NCBI GenBank assembly: GCA_038526325.1
Contig: JBCBGX010000001.1
Coordinates: 1 to 46,772 of the forward strand
Length of the DNA stretch: 46,772 nucleotides
Source: Pseudomonadota bacterium
GTDB lineage: Bacteria; Pseudomonadota; Alphaproteobacteria; Rhodobacterales; Rhodobacteraceae
Direction: 5' to 3'
The notes under the pieces were generated by a model, which saw only the letters and a list, made by a program, of their open reading frames with translations, was not told where the DNA came from and ran no database searches. Positions within the stretch are counted from its first letter, which is position 1; every line of letters begins with the position of its first letter. This document shows, piece by piece, positions 8,210-18,092 of the stretch. The position numbers and the translations under genes are program-made.

Positions 8210-10881
8210 TCGCACCCTACGGGAGAATGAAGCTGACCGATCAGCCGGAGCAGATGCGACACCTAAAGTTGCCCATTGCCGCTACACGTGCGGGGATGGT
8301 GGCCGAGCAAGTTGTCCGCGCTTTCTGGCCTCTCTGGACTGTGATTTTCCTCATTCTCGCCCCGCTGATGATGGGGTGGCAGGATGTCGTGCCGCTCGAG
8401 ATTTTTTGGGGTGGTGCAGTTGTTTCGGTCATTGGTTTTCTTGCAGCATTGACTTGGGGACTTCGTCGGTTCCACATGCCCAGCCAGGCCCAGGCGGTGG
8501 CTCGCGTTGACGCGGCAATGCCGGGCCGTCCCATCGCGGCCATCGCTGACAGTCAGGCCATCGGCAGCGGCGACGCCGCGTCAGAGGCCGTTTGGCAGGC
8601 GCATATGCAGCGCATGGCGGAACGCACCAAAGAGGCGCGCGCAGTAGAACCTGATTTGCGCGTCTCTGACAAAGACCCCTATGGTCTGCGTTTTGTAGCG
8701 CTCTTGTTTTTTGTGACCGCATTGCTTTTTGGATCGCTTCTGCGCGTAGGCTCTGTCGGTGAGATTGCGACCGGTGGTGAGCCGACATTGGCAAGCGGCC
8801 CTGTCTGGGAAGGCTGGATTGAGCCGCCCGGCTACACGGGGAAACCGTCCATTTATCTAAACGATGTCCCGGCAGGTGCGTTGCGCGTTCCGGATGGCAG
8901 CGAGGTCACATTGCGCCTGTATGGAGAGGTCGGTGCGCTGACCATCGTTGAGACGGTCTCTGGCCGGGTAGAAGATCTGGGTGCCGCTTCCGACCCGCAG
9001 CAAGAATTTACTGTTACACAATCCGGTGTTTTGGCGGTTGAAGGCGAAAACGGTATCGAATGGAACATCACCGCTATTGCAGATGCTCCACCTGAAGTTG
9101 AATTGGCTGGCCCGGTCGAGGCCGACGCGATGGGCGAGATGTCACAGCCATTTACGGCGCTGGACGATTATGGCGTTGAACAGGGGACAGCGACCATCGC
9201 GCTTGATCTGACGGCGGTGGACCGGGTTCATGGACTTGTCGTTGACCCGGATCCGATTGAGCCGCTTGTGCTGGATTTGCCAATGCCATTTACCGGCGAC
9301 AGGTCGGATTTTGATGAGTTTCTGGTTGAAAACCTCAGTGAACATCCGCTGGCAAATCTGCCCGTGACCTTGCAACTGGAGGTGACCGATGCGGCAGGAC
9401 AGACAGGAGCCACCGATCCAGAGCCGATGATATTACCTGGACGGCGCTTCTTTCAGCCTTTTGCCCGCGCGGTTATCGAACAACGCCGCGATCTGATGTG
9501 GTCGAAGGCAAACATGCGCAGAGTGAACCAGATTTTGCGCGCGGTGTCGCATCGCCCCGAAGGACTATTTTCGAACGAAACCACTTATCTCCGGCTGCGG
9601 ACAATTATCCGACGTTTGGATAATTTTCAGGATGTCGGTCTGACCGACGATGGTCAGGCTGAGATCGTACAGGCCCTTTGGGATCTCGCCATTCAGCTTG
9701 AAGATGGGCGTCTGGCAGATGCGCGCGAGCGTCTGCGCCGCGCCCAGGAACGGCTGGCCGAGGCGATGCGCAACGGTGCCTCTGACGAAGAAATCGCCGA
9801 ACTCATGCAGGAACTGCGAGAGGCAACGGATGACTACATGCGCATGCTCGCCCAAGAGGCAGAGCCGAATGACGGCACCGATCAGGCCGATAACAGCCAG
9901 AACACCCAGCGGATGTCGATGGACGAGCTGCAGGCGCTCATGGACCGCATCGAAGAGCTGATGCAAGAAGGCCGGATGGCCGAAGCGCAAGAGCTGATGG
10001 AACAGCTCAACCAAATGATGGAAAACATGCGTGTCACCCAAGGTGAGGGCGGCGACGGACCCCAAACCCCGGGTCAGCAGTCTATGCAGGATCTGGCCGA
10101 GACCTTGCGTGAGCAGGAGCAGTTATCCGATGATGCGTTCCGCGATCTGCAGGACCAGTTCAACCCTGGTCAGGGACAGCAAGGCCAACAACCTCAACAA
10201 GGTCAGCAAGGCCAGCAGGGACAAGGACAGCAACCTGGCGGCCAGCCTCAAGGCCAGCAAGGTGGGCAAAGTGGCCAGGACGGTCAGGACGGGCAGCAGG
10301 GACAAGGTCAGGGCGTCGGTGAAGACGCGCAAAGCGGTCAGGTCGGCAACGGTACAGGTGGCGAAGGCCAGCAAGACCGGCGCAGCCTCGCCGAACGGCA
10401 AGAGCAACTGCGCCGCGAACTTCAGCGGCAGCGCGATGGTTTGCCTAATCTCGATGGTGAAGCTGGCGACATTGCCCGGAGGTCGCTTGAACGGGCGGAA
10501 GGTGCTATGGAAGGCGCAGAGGAAGCGCTGCGCGATGGTGATCTGCCGGAGGCTATCGATCGGCAGGCCGAAGCGATGGACGCGCTGCGCAATGGCATGC
10601 GGGAACTGGGCCGAGCATTAGCCGAGAACCAGCAGGCTGAGCCGGGCCAGGGGTCGGAACAGGGCGAGGCCCGTGGTCGGCCAGTGCCGGGCCAACGTGA
10701 CCCACTAGGCCGCGAGATGGGCAATACCGGCCAAATGGGTACTGACCAACAACTACTGGGCCGCGAAGAAATTAATCGTCGCGCCGAGGAATTGTTGGGC
10801 GAAATTCGTCGTCGTTCCGCGGAACAGGACCGCCCAGAGGTCGAACGGGATTACCTAAGGCGCTTGCTTGATCAGTTCTAG
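8197..10881 (+). CDS. TIGR02302/DUF4175-family membrane-anchored coiled-coil protein
   Basis: N-terminal TMs, WIEPPGYTG, DDYGV, RDPLGR, C-terminal ERDYLRRLL. Located after lysA. Exact start uncertain. Confidence 0.85.
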   Translation: MARVVAPYGRMKLTDQPEQMRHLKLPIAATRAGMVAEQVVRAFWPLWTVIFLILAPLMMGWQDVVPLEIFWGGAVVSVIGFLAALTWGLRRFHMPSQAQAVARVDAAMPGRPIAAIADSQAIGSGDAASEAVWQAHMQRMAERTKEARAVEPDLRVSDKDPYGLRFVALLFFVTALLFGSLLRVGSVGEIATGGEPTLASGPVWEGWIEPPGYTGKPSIYLNDVPAGALRVPDGSEVTLRLYGEVGALTIVETVSGRVEDLGAASDPQQEFTVTQSGVLAVEGENGIEWNITAIADAPPEVELAGPVEADAMGEMSQPFTALDDYGVEQGTATIALDLTAVDRVHGLVVDPDPIEPLVLDLPMPFTGDRSDFDEFLVENLSEHPLANLPVTLQLEVTDAAGQTGATDPEPMILPGRRFFQPFARAVIEQRRDLMWSKANMRRVNQILRAVSHRPEGLFSNETTYLRLRTIIRRLDNFQDVGLTDDGQAEIVQALWDLAIQLEDGRLADARERLRRAQERLAEAMRNGASDEEIAELMQELREATDDYMRMLAQEAEPNDGTDQADNSQNTQRMSMDELQALMDRIEELMQEGRMAEAQELMEQLNQMMENMRVTQGEGGDGPQTPGQQSMQDLAETLREQEQLSDDAFRDLQDQFNPGQGQQGQQPQQGQQGQQGQGQQPGGQPQGQQGGQSGQDGQDGQQGQGQGVGEDAQSGQVGNGTGGEGQQDRRSLAERQEQLRRELQRQRDGLPNLDGEAGDIARRSLERAEGAMEGAEEALRDGDLPEAIDRQAEAMDALRNGMRELGRALAENQQAEPGQGSEQGEARGRPVPGQRDPLGREMGNTGQMGTDQQLLGREEINRRAEELLGEIRRRSAEQDRPEVERDYLRRLLDQF
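10165..10377 (+). repeat. Low-complexity Gln/Gly-rich coding tract (GQQGQQ-like)
   Basis: PGQGQQGQQPQQGQQGQQGQGQQPGGQPQGQQGGQ..., encoded with variable codons. Confidence 0.85.
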
Positions 10882-10892
10882 CGGCGGGGCGG

Positions 10893-11681
10893 CTAACTCT
10901 CTGCCGCGCCCCCACTTGTCAAATCCGTAATCATGGCTGTCACAGCCTGAACTTGATCATTCAGCCACAAGCGCATTTGATCGACAAATTCTACATACGG
11001 CACCATGTACTGGCTGAATTGCGGCAAGTTCTCGTTGATTTGCGCTTGGAAAAAGTAGGGCGCTAGCAGGATTGCAAACAAGAGCAGCACAAAAAAGAAC
11101 CCGCGGCGGAACCCGCGGCGCTTGACCGCTTCGTACTGTTCTGCCTCAGTCAATCCCGAGGTATCACTTGCCTCTGCGCGCGCGCGGAGGGACGCGTTGA
11201 TCTCTTCAATGGTTGGGACTGCTCGTTGATTGGCCTTTGCGGTCGCTGTAGCGCCTGCGGCCACCGCGCCGGTTGATGCAGCCGCGATAGCGGCGGGCGT
11301 TGTTGCGCGCATGCTGTCTTCCGAATTCGTCATTTCGGCTATGCGACGGCGCGTTTCTTCAACATTCACACCGGGCGGTCGGCGCGGCTCTTCTGTCTGA
11401 GGTGGGGCAGCTTGTTCTGCTGCCCGCGCCTTGACTTCATGTTCGGCTTCCTGGCGCAAGATGTCACTGACCGCGGTGTCCAGTGGTTTACGTGTCGCAG
11501 GTGCGTCAACAGCCGGAGACTGCAGCAACAATTCACTGCGTTTGCGACCCACGGCCGCGGGTTTTTCGGTCTGGAACCAGGTATGTGCACAGCTTGAACA
11601 CTGCACATCGCGCCCGCCTTCTGGGATCGCGTCATCCGCGATGTCATATTGTGCACCGCAATTTGGGCAAACTAGCCTCAT
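10893..11681 (-). CDS. MJ0042-type zinc-ribbon protein with single C-terminal TM (ZitP-like)
   Basis: MRLVCPNCGAQY..GRDVQCSSCAHTWFQ, Ala/Pro-rich linker, RRGFRRGFFFVLLL TM. Divergent from ftsE. Confidence 0.85.
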   Translation of the reverse strand: MRLVCPNCGAQYDIADDAIPEGGRDVQCSSCAHTWFQTEKPAAVGRKRSELLLQSPAVDAPATRKPLDTAVSDILRQEAEHEVKARAAEQAAPPQTEEPRRPPGVNVEETRRRIAEMTNSEDSMRATTPAAIAAASTGAVAAGATATAKANQRAVPTIEEINASLRARAEASDTSGLTEAEQYEAVKRRGFRRGFFFVLLLFAILLAPYFFQAQINENLPQFSQYMVPYVEFVDQMRLWLNDQVQAVTAMITDLTSGGAAES

Positions 11682-11850
11682 GTTACATCCATCCTTCTGC
11701 CCGGCAGCTTGGTCTTATGTTGTTAATGCCGCTCACAATCTAGCAATCAGTTACGCAAACGCAAAGCTTTTGCGCAAAAGGTCAAGTGCAGATCATTGAA
11801 AACTGTTGCAGATTTGGGCAGAAGGTCGATGTTGCACGAAGGAATGCGAA

Positions 11851-12525
11851 GTGATCGAACTGGACAATGTGGCGTATGGCTATGGCGGCACAGCGCTTTT
11901 CTCGCAACTTTCGATGGCGATAGACCCCGGGTCCTTTCAATTCTTGACCGGGCCATCGGGCGCGGGAAAAACCACGCTGTTGCGGCTGTGCTATGCCGAT
12001 TTGCCAGCAATACACGGCAGGGTTACACTGTTTGGCCAAAATGTTGGGCGGTTGGATCGCGACGGGGTGGCATTCGCCCGACGCAGGATTGGGGTTGTGC
12101 ATCAGGATTGTCAGTTCCTTGATCATTTGTCGGTGGCAGAAAACATCGCTCTTCCCTTGACTGTCTCGGGGCGGGCACATGAGGTGGCGAACAATTTACA
12201 GGAATTGCTGCAATGGGTAGGGCTTGGGTCGCAAGCCAATCAGATACCGCCAGAGCTGTCAGGCGGCGAACGGCAGCGTGCGGCACTGGCGCGGGCGGTG
12301 ATCACATCTCCTGACGTCATCATCGCGGATGAGCCAACTGGTAATGTAGATTGGGACATGTCTCAGCGTTTGCTGACCTTGCTGATGGAACTCAACAAAA
12401 TGGGCAAGGCTATTCTGGTCGCAACGCATGACATGAACATGATCCGCTCTTTAAAGCCTGATGTAGATGCACGGGTGCTGCGCCTGAAGGATGGGCACCT
12501 GACGCAAGCTGGATCCCAGCTGTGA
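11851..12525 (+). CDS. ftsE: Cell division ATP-binding protein FtsE
   Basis: GPSGAGKTT, RRRIGVVHQD, LSGGERQR, ADEPTGNVD, ATHD. GTG start at 11851, followed by ftsX. Confidence 0.93.
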   Translation: MIELDNVAYGYGGTALFSQLSMAIDPGSFQFLTGPSGAGKTTLLRLCYADLPAIHGRVTLFGQNVGRLDRDGVAFARRRIGVVHQDCQFLDHLSVAENIALPLTVSGRAHEVANNLQELLQWVGLGSQANQIPPELSGGERQRAALARAVITSPDVIIADEPTGNVDWDMSQRLLTLLMELNKMGKAILVATHDMNMIRSLKPDVDARVLRLKDGHLTQAGSQL

Positions 12526-13415
12526 AAGCGGTATTGGATTTGATCATCGGGGACCGCCAAGCAGATCGTGCCGTGCCGCCCACAGGCTTGACGGCATGGC
12601 TGACGGTCTTTGCCGCCGGGGTCATGGCATCTCTTGCAGTGATCGCCTTGGCTTTGTCGCTGAGCGCTGGGCGCGTGGCAGATCGCTGGGCCGAGGATCT
12701 GGCCCAATCAGCCACCCTTCGATTGCCAGCTGATCCTGCACAATCGGACGCCCTATTGGTGTCCGCGCTGGAGGTTCTGCAGACCACCCCCGGCGTGGCA
12801 TCTGCCCGCCCGCTATCCGCCGAAGAGCAGCAAGCGCTGCTGGAACCTTGGTTTGGTCCGGACTTGCCGTTGGAAAGCTTACCCATCCCGCAATTGATCG
12901 AAGTGATTGCAGACGAGGAAGGGTACGACCCCGCAGGTCTGCGCGCGCGTCTGACAGCGCAGGTACCCGGCGCGGTCCTTGACGATCACAGCAATTGGCG
13001 CATTCCCCTTTTGGAGGCAGCTGCGCGGGTGCGGCTCATTGGGTGGTTCCTTGTGATGCTGATCGGTGCAGTTGTTGCCGCAGTGATCACTTTGGCGGTC
13101 CAGGCATCGCTGAATGCCAATGCCCAGGTCATTCGGGTGCTGCGACTTGTCGGGGCGCGGGATGTGTATATCGCCCGGGCATTTGTCCGCAGGTTTACGT
13201 TGCGGGCCGGTCTGGGGGCCATTGCGGGTGTGGTATGTGGGCTGTTGCTTCTGCAACTTCTGCCGCAAGGCGATGCGGCGGGCGGCATATTGACCAATAT
13301 TGGATTTGCTGGGGCCGGATGGCTCTGGCCCCTGGTTATTCCGGGTCTGGTCGCTATCGTGGCCTTTGCCGCAACGCGCAGAGCGGCCTTTGCAAGGTTA
13401 AGGGAACAGACATGA
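12522..13415 (+). CDS. ftsX: Cell division permease FtsX
   Basis: TM1, periplasmic loop with LLEPWFG and LPIPQLI, LRLVGARDVYIAR, three more TMs. GTGA overlap with ftsE. Confidence 0.92.
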   Translation: MKAVLDLIIGDRQADRAVPPTGLTAWLTVFAAGVMASLAVIALALSLSAGRVADRWAEDLAQSATLRLPADPAQSDALLVSALEVLQTTPGVASARPLSAEEQQALLEPWFGPDLPLESLPIPQLIEVIADEEGYDPAGLRARLTAQVPGAVLDDHSNWRIPLLEAAARVRLIGWFLVMLIGAVVAAVITLAVQASLNANAQVIRVLRLVGARDVYIARAFVRRFTLRAGLGAIAGVVCGLLLLQLLPQGDAAGGILTNIGFAGAGWLWPLVIPGLVAIVAFAATRRAAFARLREQT

Positions 13416-14140
13416 ACAATCCGGTCCAATGGGTACGGTCGCTGATATTCAACGGGCAGATGTATGTGGCAATGCTGGTCTGCGGGGTGATCTATCTGAT
13501 CCCGGCGATTATCTCACCCAAAGGGGCGATTGCAGGTTGTCACGCCTATTGCGTTTGGATCCGCTGGACAGCTTCATGGCTGATTGGCCTGAAGGTCGAG
13601 ATCCGGGGTGAACCACCCACCGATGAGGTGATGGTGGCGCCAAAACACCAATCCTTTTTGGACGTGCTAATGATCTATGGCGCGATCCCACGTGGTAAGT
13701 TCATCATGAAGTCGATCCTGAAATATGCCCCTATTATTGGTCAATTTAGCCTGCGGATCGGGTGTATTCCAGTGGATCGGGGCAAGCGCGGCCAGGCGAT
13801 CCGCAAGATGGTGGCCGATGTGCAGGCCGGGCGTGCGCTGCCCGGACAGTTGATCATCTATCCGCAGGGCACCCGCATCGCCCCGGGCGTCAAAGCGCCC
13901 TACAAGATCGGCACAGGTGCGCTTTACAAAGAACTGGGGCAGCCAGTGGTGCCGGTGGCCACAAATGTCGGCGTTTTCTGGCCTAAGCGTGGCGTCATGC
14001 GCAATCCGGGCACGGCAGTGTTTGAATTCCTTCCGCGGATTGAACCAGGTTTAGAGGTTGATGACTTCATGGCGCAGCTGGAACATGATGTCGAAACCGC
14101 CTCTGACCGTCTGAATAAAGAAGCGGGGTTTCATGGCTGA
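13412..14140 (+). CDS. plsC: 1-acyl-sn-glycerol-3-phosphate acyltransferase (PlsC family)
   Basis: KHQSFLD (HX4D), PVDRG, IYPQGTR. ATG 13412 overlaps the ftsX stop. Confidence 0.88.
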   Translation: MNNPVQWVRSLIFNGQMYVAMLVCGVIYLIPAIISPKGAIAGCHAYCVWIRWTASWLIGLKVEIRGEPPTDEVMVAPKHQSFLDVLMIYGAIPRGKFIMKSILKYAPIIGQFSLRIGCIPVDRGKRGQAIRKMVADVQAGRALPGQLIIYPQGTRIAPGVKAPYKIGTGALYKELGQPVVPVATNVGVFWPKRGVMRNPGTAVFEFLPRIEPGLEVDDFMAQLEHDVETASDRLNKEAGFHG

Positions 14141-14741
14141 TCATGTCATCAGGGATATTGCCCAACTCGAAGCGCTATACGGTCAACCCGGCAAAGCATC
14201 CCTGATCAAGGTCGCTGATCATCTGACCCCGCTTTACGCTAAATGGATCATGGCCTCGCGCCTCTGCGTTGTCTCCACCGTGAGGCCTGATGGTACGGAT
14301 GGCAGCCCGCGCGGTGATGATGGCCCTGTCGTGCAGATGCAAGACGCCAAGACGCTGCTGATGCCCGATTGGCGGGGCAACAACCGCATGGATACACTGC
14401 GCAATATCGTGGCCGATGGTCGGATCAGCCTAATGTTCATGGTGCCCGGATCGAACAATGTGATGCGTATAAATGGCACAGATGTTGTGTCGGTCGATCC
14501 CGACCTCCTCGGTCGGTTCGACGCCAATGGCCGCCAGCCACGCAGTGTTGTGGTGATTACCGTGGCCGAGGTGTACAGCCAATGCGCCCGCGCGCTGATG
14601 CGGGCCAAGGTCTGGTCGTCTGATGATGAAAGCGCCGGTTTACCGACGGTTGGCGAATTGTTGGCCGAGCAAGAGGCGGGGTTTGATGGCACCGGCTATG
14701 ACGCCGAATGGCCGGGGCGCGCCGCGAAAACGATGTGGTAG
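14133..14741 (+). CDS. Pyridoxamine 5'-phosphate oxidase-like FMN-binding protein
   Basis: DGSPRGD, PDWRGNNRMDTLRNI, QCARALMR motifs. Confidence 0.88.
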   Translation: MADHVIRDIAQLEALYGQPGKASLIKVADHLTPLYAKWIMASRLCVVSTVRPDGTDGSPRGDDGPVVQMQDAKTLLMPDWRGNNRMDTLRNIVADGRISLMFMVPGSNNVMRINGTDVVSVDPDLLGRFDANGRQPRSVVVITVAEVYSQCARALMRAKVWSSDDESAGLPTVGELLAEQEAGFDGTGYDAEWPGRAAKTMW

Positions 14742-15419
14742 CTATCGACGCTTGAATTCCAGATTGCTGCTTGGCCCCAACCCGTAACGTAAGCACCACC
14801 CGATCACGATAAGGCTCAGCACCAGCCACAGCCCGCCCCACATGATCGTTGTTCCACCAAATTCCTCGGCCAGCATCCGCGCGTCAGATCGCAAGTTTGA
14901 CCGCGCAATCGTATCGCTGAAAATGTCGTAAGGCACGTAGATCATACTGCTCAGCCCCATCACGCGCAGCGCCAGATCATTTGCTGTGTGTCCGAGAAAG
15001 CGCGCCATAGCCAGCATCGCAACGCCCGTCCCCAACGCGAAGAACAGCGCAAAGATGTCGCGGATATAAAGACCCGCAACGACCAGCATCACGGCGCCGC
15101 ACGCCGCCATGACGCCACGATCCGCCTTGCTCCGTGTGGCCGCTAGTAGCAGCGCCACCCCGATCAACAGCGACCCCAGATATCCCGCTGTCAGTGTCAA
15201 AAAGCGGTTGCCTCCGCGGCTCCAAACGACACCTCCTTGATCGGATGACACACTGAGGCTGATAACCTCACCGCCTGTCAGGATCGTGGCGATTGCGTGC
15301 GACAATTCGTGAAAAAACACGATCAAGATCTTCAATGGATCGACGATAGGTGTCTGCCATAGGGCAAAAACAAGTGCAGTCAGCAGCAAAAGCTGCCAGT
15401 GCCCTTTGAGACTGGCCAC
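14742..15419 (-). CDS. M50-family (M50B-like) intramembrane metallopeptidase
   Basis: FHELSHA (HExxH), AGYLG, SDA motif, multiple TMs. Confidence 0.85.
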   Translation of the reverse strand: MASLKGHWQLLLLTALVFALWQTPIVDPLKILIVFFHELSHAIATILTGGEVISLSVSSDQGGVVWSRGGNRFLTLTAGYLGSLLIGVALLLAATRSKADRGVMAACGAVMLVVAGLYIRDIFALFFALGTGVAMLAMARFLGHTANDLALRVMGLSSMIYVPYDIFSDTIARSNLRSDARMLAEEFGGTTIMWGGLWLVLSLIVIGWCLRYGLGPSSNLEFKRR

Positions 15420-16382
15420 TTAGGCGGCAAGCCCTTTGGACCCCAAAGACAAATACTTTCCCCGTCGGTCGTTACGCAGCTTTTCGCCCGAAAGGTCCCG
15501 CAATTCATTTAGCAGCTGGATCAAAACTTCTCCTACGGCATCAAGCGCGGCTTTCCGGTCCCGATGCGCCCCACCGTGCGGTTCGGGGATAATCCGGTCA
15601 CACACTCCAAGTTCATGCAAGTCTTTCGGCGTAAGGCGCAAGGCTTCGGCCGCTTCACGCATTTTCTCGGCATCTTTCCACAGGATAGAGGCGCAGCCTT
15701 CAGGGCTAATCACGGAATAGATAGAGTGTTCTAACATCGCGACCCTGTTCGCGGTCGCGAACGCAACAGCTCCACCTGATCCGCCTTCGCCAATCACGAC
15801 GCTGATCAACGGCACTTTCAGTTCGAGACATTTCTCGGTTGAGCGCGCAATCGCCTCGGACTGACCGCGCTCTTCGGCCCCTTTACCCGGATAAGCGCCG
15901 GGCGTGTCGACCAATGTGATCACCGGAATGCCGAACCGGTCGGCCAGATCCATCAGACGAATGGCCTTGCGGTATCCTTCGGGTCGGGCCATGCCGAAAT
16001 TCCGTTCGATCCGGGATTTCGTGTCATTCCCCTTTTCATGCCCGATCACCATAACCGGAGTGCCTTCCAACCGGGCAAGCCCGCCCATGACCGCATGGTC
16101 ATCTGCAAAATTCCGATCCCCGGCAAGCGGTGTATATTCGGTGAATAACGCGTCGATGTAATCGCGGCAGTGCGGGCGTTCTGGATGGCGGGCGACCTGA
16201 CATTTGCGCCAGGGTGTCAGATCAGCATAAAGCGATTGCAGAAGATCAGCGGCCTTCTTGTCCAGCGCGCTTGCCTCTTTCTCTACATCCATTTCCGGAT
16301 TTTCGCGCGCCATGGCGCGCAGCTCTTCCGCTTTGCCTTCGATTTCGGCAAGTGGTTTTTCGAAGTCGAGATATTGGGTCAT
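15420..16382 (-). CDS. accA: Acetyl-CoA carboxylase carboxyltransferase alpha subunit
   Basis: [57 protein letters not shown]. Confidence 0.98.
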   Translation of the reverse strand: MTQYLDFEKPLAEIEGKAEELRAMARENPEMDVEKEASALDKKAADLLQSLYADLTPWRKCQVARHPERPHCRDYIDALFTEYTPLAGDRNFADDHAVMGGLARLEGTPVMVIGHEKGNDTKSRIERNFGMARPEGYRKAIRLMDLADRFGIPVITLVDTPGAYPGKGAEERGQSEAIARSTEKCLELKVPLISVVIGEGGSGGAVAFATANRVAMLEHSIYSVISPEGCASILWKDAEKMREAAEALRLTPKDLHELGVCDRIIPEPHGGAHRDRKAALDAVGEVLIQLLNELRDLSGEKLRNDRRGKYLSLGSKGLAA

Positions 16383-16529
16383 GGACGGGCCTTGTTGCGA
16401 AACTCTGCTTTATATGGCGCAAGGCCTGCACGATAGCAACGGCGTCAGAATGCCATGATGTTGCCTTGTGAACGGCACATGGGCCACCCAGAGAGAGCTG
16501 TACCTTTCACGCATAAATAGGAACACATC

Positions 16530-16955
16530 ATGCGAATTTTCGGTCTTCTTGGTATTGTTGCTTGTGTGGCTTGCACCAACGCATCCGCCCAATCCATCAA
16601 CTTTGGCAATGACAGCAGCCAATGGGCAAATGACGGGGAATGCGATGATGGCCGCTTCACCGGACCTGGACTGACATCGACACCGTTGCTGGAAGAAGAT
16701 GTGTTGGCGGACGCCACCGACTGCCGCAATGCCTACAACGCCGGACTGCTTACACTTGCCGGGGTTGCAAAAGACGGCACAATAGATTTCGGCAATGACA
16801 GTGGCAATTGGGCTAATGATGGCGAATGCGATGATATGCGTTTTGCCGATCCCGGCATGACCACGACGCCGTTGCTGCAGGACGACATCATGCGGGATGC
16901 AACAGATTGTCGCGAGGCGTATTCCGCTGGTCGCCTGACACTCGCCGGCCAATAA
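16530..16955 (+). CDS. Secreted hypothetical protein made of two 57-aa Asp/Cys repeats
   Basis: Signal peptide ending ASA-Q. Repeats at 16593-16763 and 16779-16949 share FGND..WANDGECDD.RF..PG..TPLL..D...DATDCR.AY.AG.LTLAG. Confidence 0.8.
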   Translation: MRIFGLLGIVACVACTNASAQSINFGNDSSQWANDGECDDGRFTGPGLTSTPLLEEDVLADATDCRNAYNAGLLTLAGVAKDGTIDFGNDSGNWANDGECDDMRFADPGMTTTPLLQDDIMRDATDCREAYSAGRLTLAGQ

Positions 16956-16964
16956 TCCTTTGCG

Positions 16965-17921
16965 TCAGCCCGCGATCATCTCGGACTGACGCACAATCAC
17001 TTCGGCCTGCTTGATCGACGCAATGTCGACCAGGCGGCCCTTGTAAACGGTTGCCCCTTCGCCGCGCGCCTTTGCGTCTTCCATCGCAGCAAGAATCTCG
17101 CGGGCCTCTGCCACAGCTTCCTCTGACGGGGTGAAGACTTCGTTGGCGAGCGCGATCTGTCTGGGATGGATCGCCCATTTCCCAACCATACCCAGGGTCG
17201 CTGAACGGCGCGCCTGGGCCCGATACCCTTCATCATCGCTGAAATCGCCAAATGGACCATCGACGGGCAGCACGCCATGGGTACGGCAAGCCGCAACGAT
17301 GGCTGTCTGTGCCCAATGCCACGGGTCAGAATAATGTCGGGTATCGCCATGCAGCATGTAATATTGCTCTTGCGTGCCACCGATGCCCGTTGTTTGCATC
17401 CCCATGGAGGCCGCGAAATCCGCAGCCCCCAGGCTCATCGCCGCCATGCGGGGCGAACTGGCAGCGATTTCTTCCACATGCGCGATGCCGGCCGCGGATT
17501 CGATGATCACCTCAAAGCTGATGGGTCTTTTGCGTCCCTTTGCGGTTTCAATGGCTGTCACCAGCGCGTCAACAGCATAGACATCCGCCGCAGACCCCAC
17601 TTTCGGGATCATGATCTGATCAAGCCGGTCGCCTGCCTGCTCCAAAACGTCAACGACATCCTTGTACCAATAGGGCGTATCAAGGCCATTGATCCGCACG
17701 CTGAGGTGCTTGGTGTTCCAGTCGACGTCATTGATCGCCTGAATGACATTAGCCCGTGCGGTATCCTTGTCAGAAGGCGAAACCGAGTCCTCCAAATCAA
17801 GGTTAATGACATCCGCTGCTGAGGCCGCCATCTTTTCAAACAGCTTGGTGTTCGAACCGGGGCCGAACAATTGGCAGCGGTTGGGGCGGGCAGGGGGCGT
17901 CGGTTGCAGGCGAAATGACAT
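16965..17921 (-). CDS. mcl1: L-malyl-CoA/beta-methylmalyl-CoA lyase (ethylmalonyl-CoA pathway)
   Basis: MSFRLQPTPPARPNRCQLFGPGS, DLEDSV, RINGLDTP, ADFAASMG, DGPFGDFSD, GKWAIHP. Matches Rhodobacter Mcl1. Confidence 0.93.
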   Translation of the reverse strand: MSFRLQPTPPARPNRCQLFGPGSNTKLFEKMAASAADVINLDLEDSVSPSDKDTARANVIQAINDVDWNTKHLSVRINGLDTPYWYKDVVDVLEQAGDRLDQIMIPKVGSAADVYAVDALVTAIETAKGRKRPISFEVIIESAAGIAHVEEIAASSPRMAAMSLGAADFAASMGMQTTGIGGTQEQYYMLHGDTRHYSDPWHWAQTAIVAACRTHGVLPVDGPFGDFSDDEGYRAQARRSATLGMVGKWAIHPRQIALANEVFTPSEEAVAEAREILAAMEDAKARGEGATVYKGRLVDIASIKQAEVIVRQSEMIAG

Positions 17922-18001
17922 GGGTGGTCCTTTGAGTATGATTATTTCGTCATGACTTGCGCGCGTGGTAGATTATTGCGCTTATCTTCACAAGCCGAAT
18001 T

Positions 18002-18042
18002 TGCACCTGCAGCATCGGTGACGCTGCGGTGCATTTTTTTTT
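18002..18042. promoter_or_regulatory. Inverted TGC-N3/4-GCAGC pair upstream of mcl1 (candidate PhaR operator) followed by a T-run
   Basis: TGCACCTGCAGC (18002-18013) ... GCTGCGGTGCA (18023-18033), then T9. Resembles the TGC-N3-GCA PhaR motif. Confidence 0.4.
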
Positions 18043-18060
18043 AGAAATTTTTGGTGCTTG

Positions 18061-18084
18061 GAAGGAAATTCTAGAATTTCCTTC
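18061..18084. terminator. Perfect 24-bp palindrome just downstream of the aminotransferase stop (terminator or operator)
   Basis: GAAGGAAATTCT|AGAATTTCCTTC. Confidence 0.5.
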
Positions 18085-18092
18085 ACCCTGCG

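Noticed and set aside
10165-10377. VNTR or contingency repeat in the TIGR02302 gene
   Set aside because: The repetition is at the protein level with variable codons. There is no perfect DNA tandem unit.
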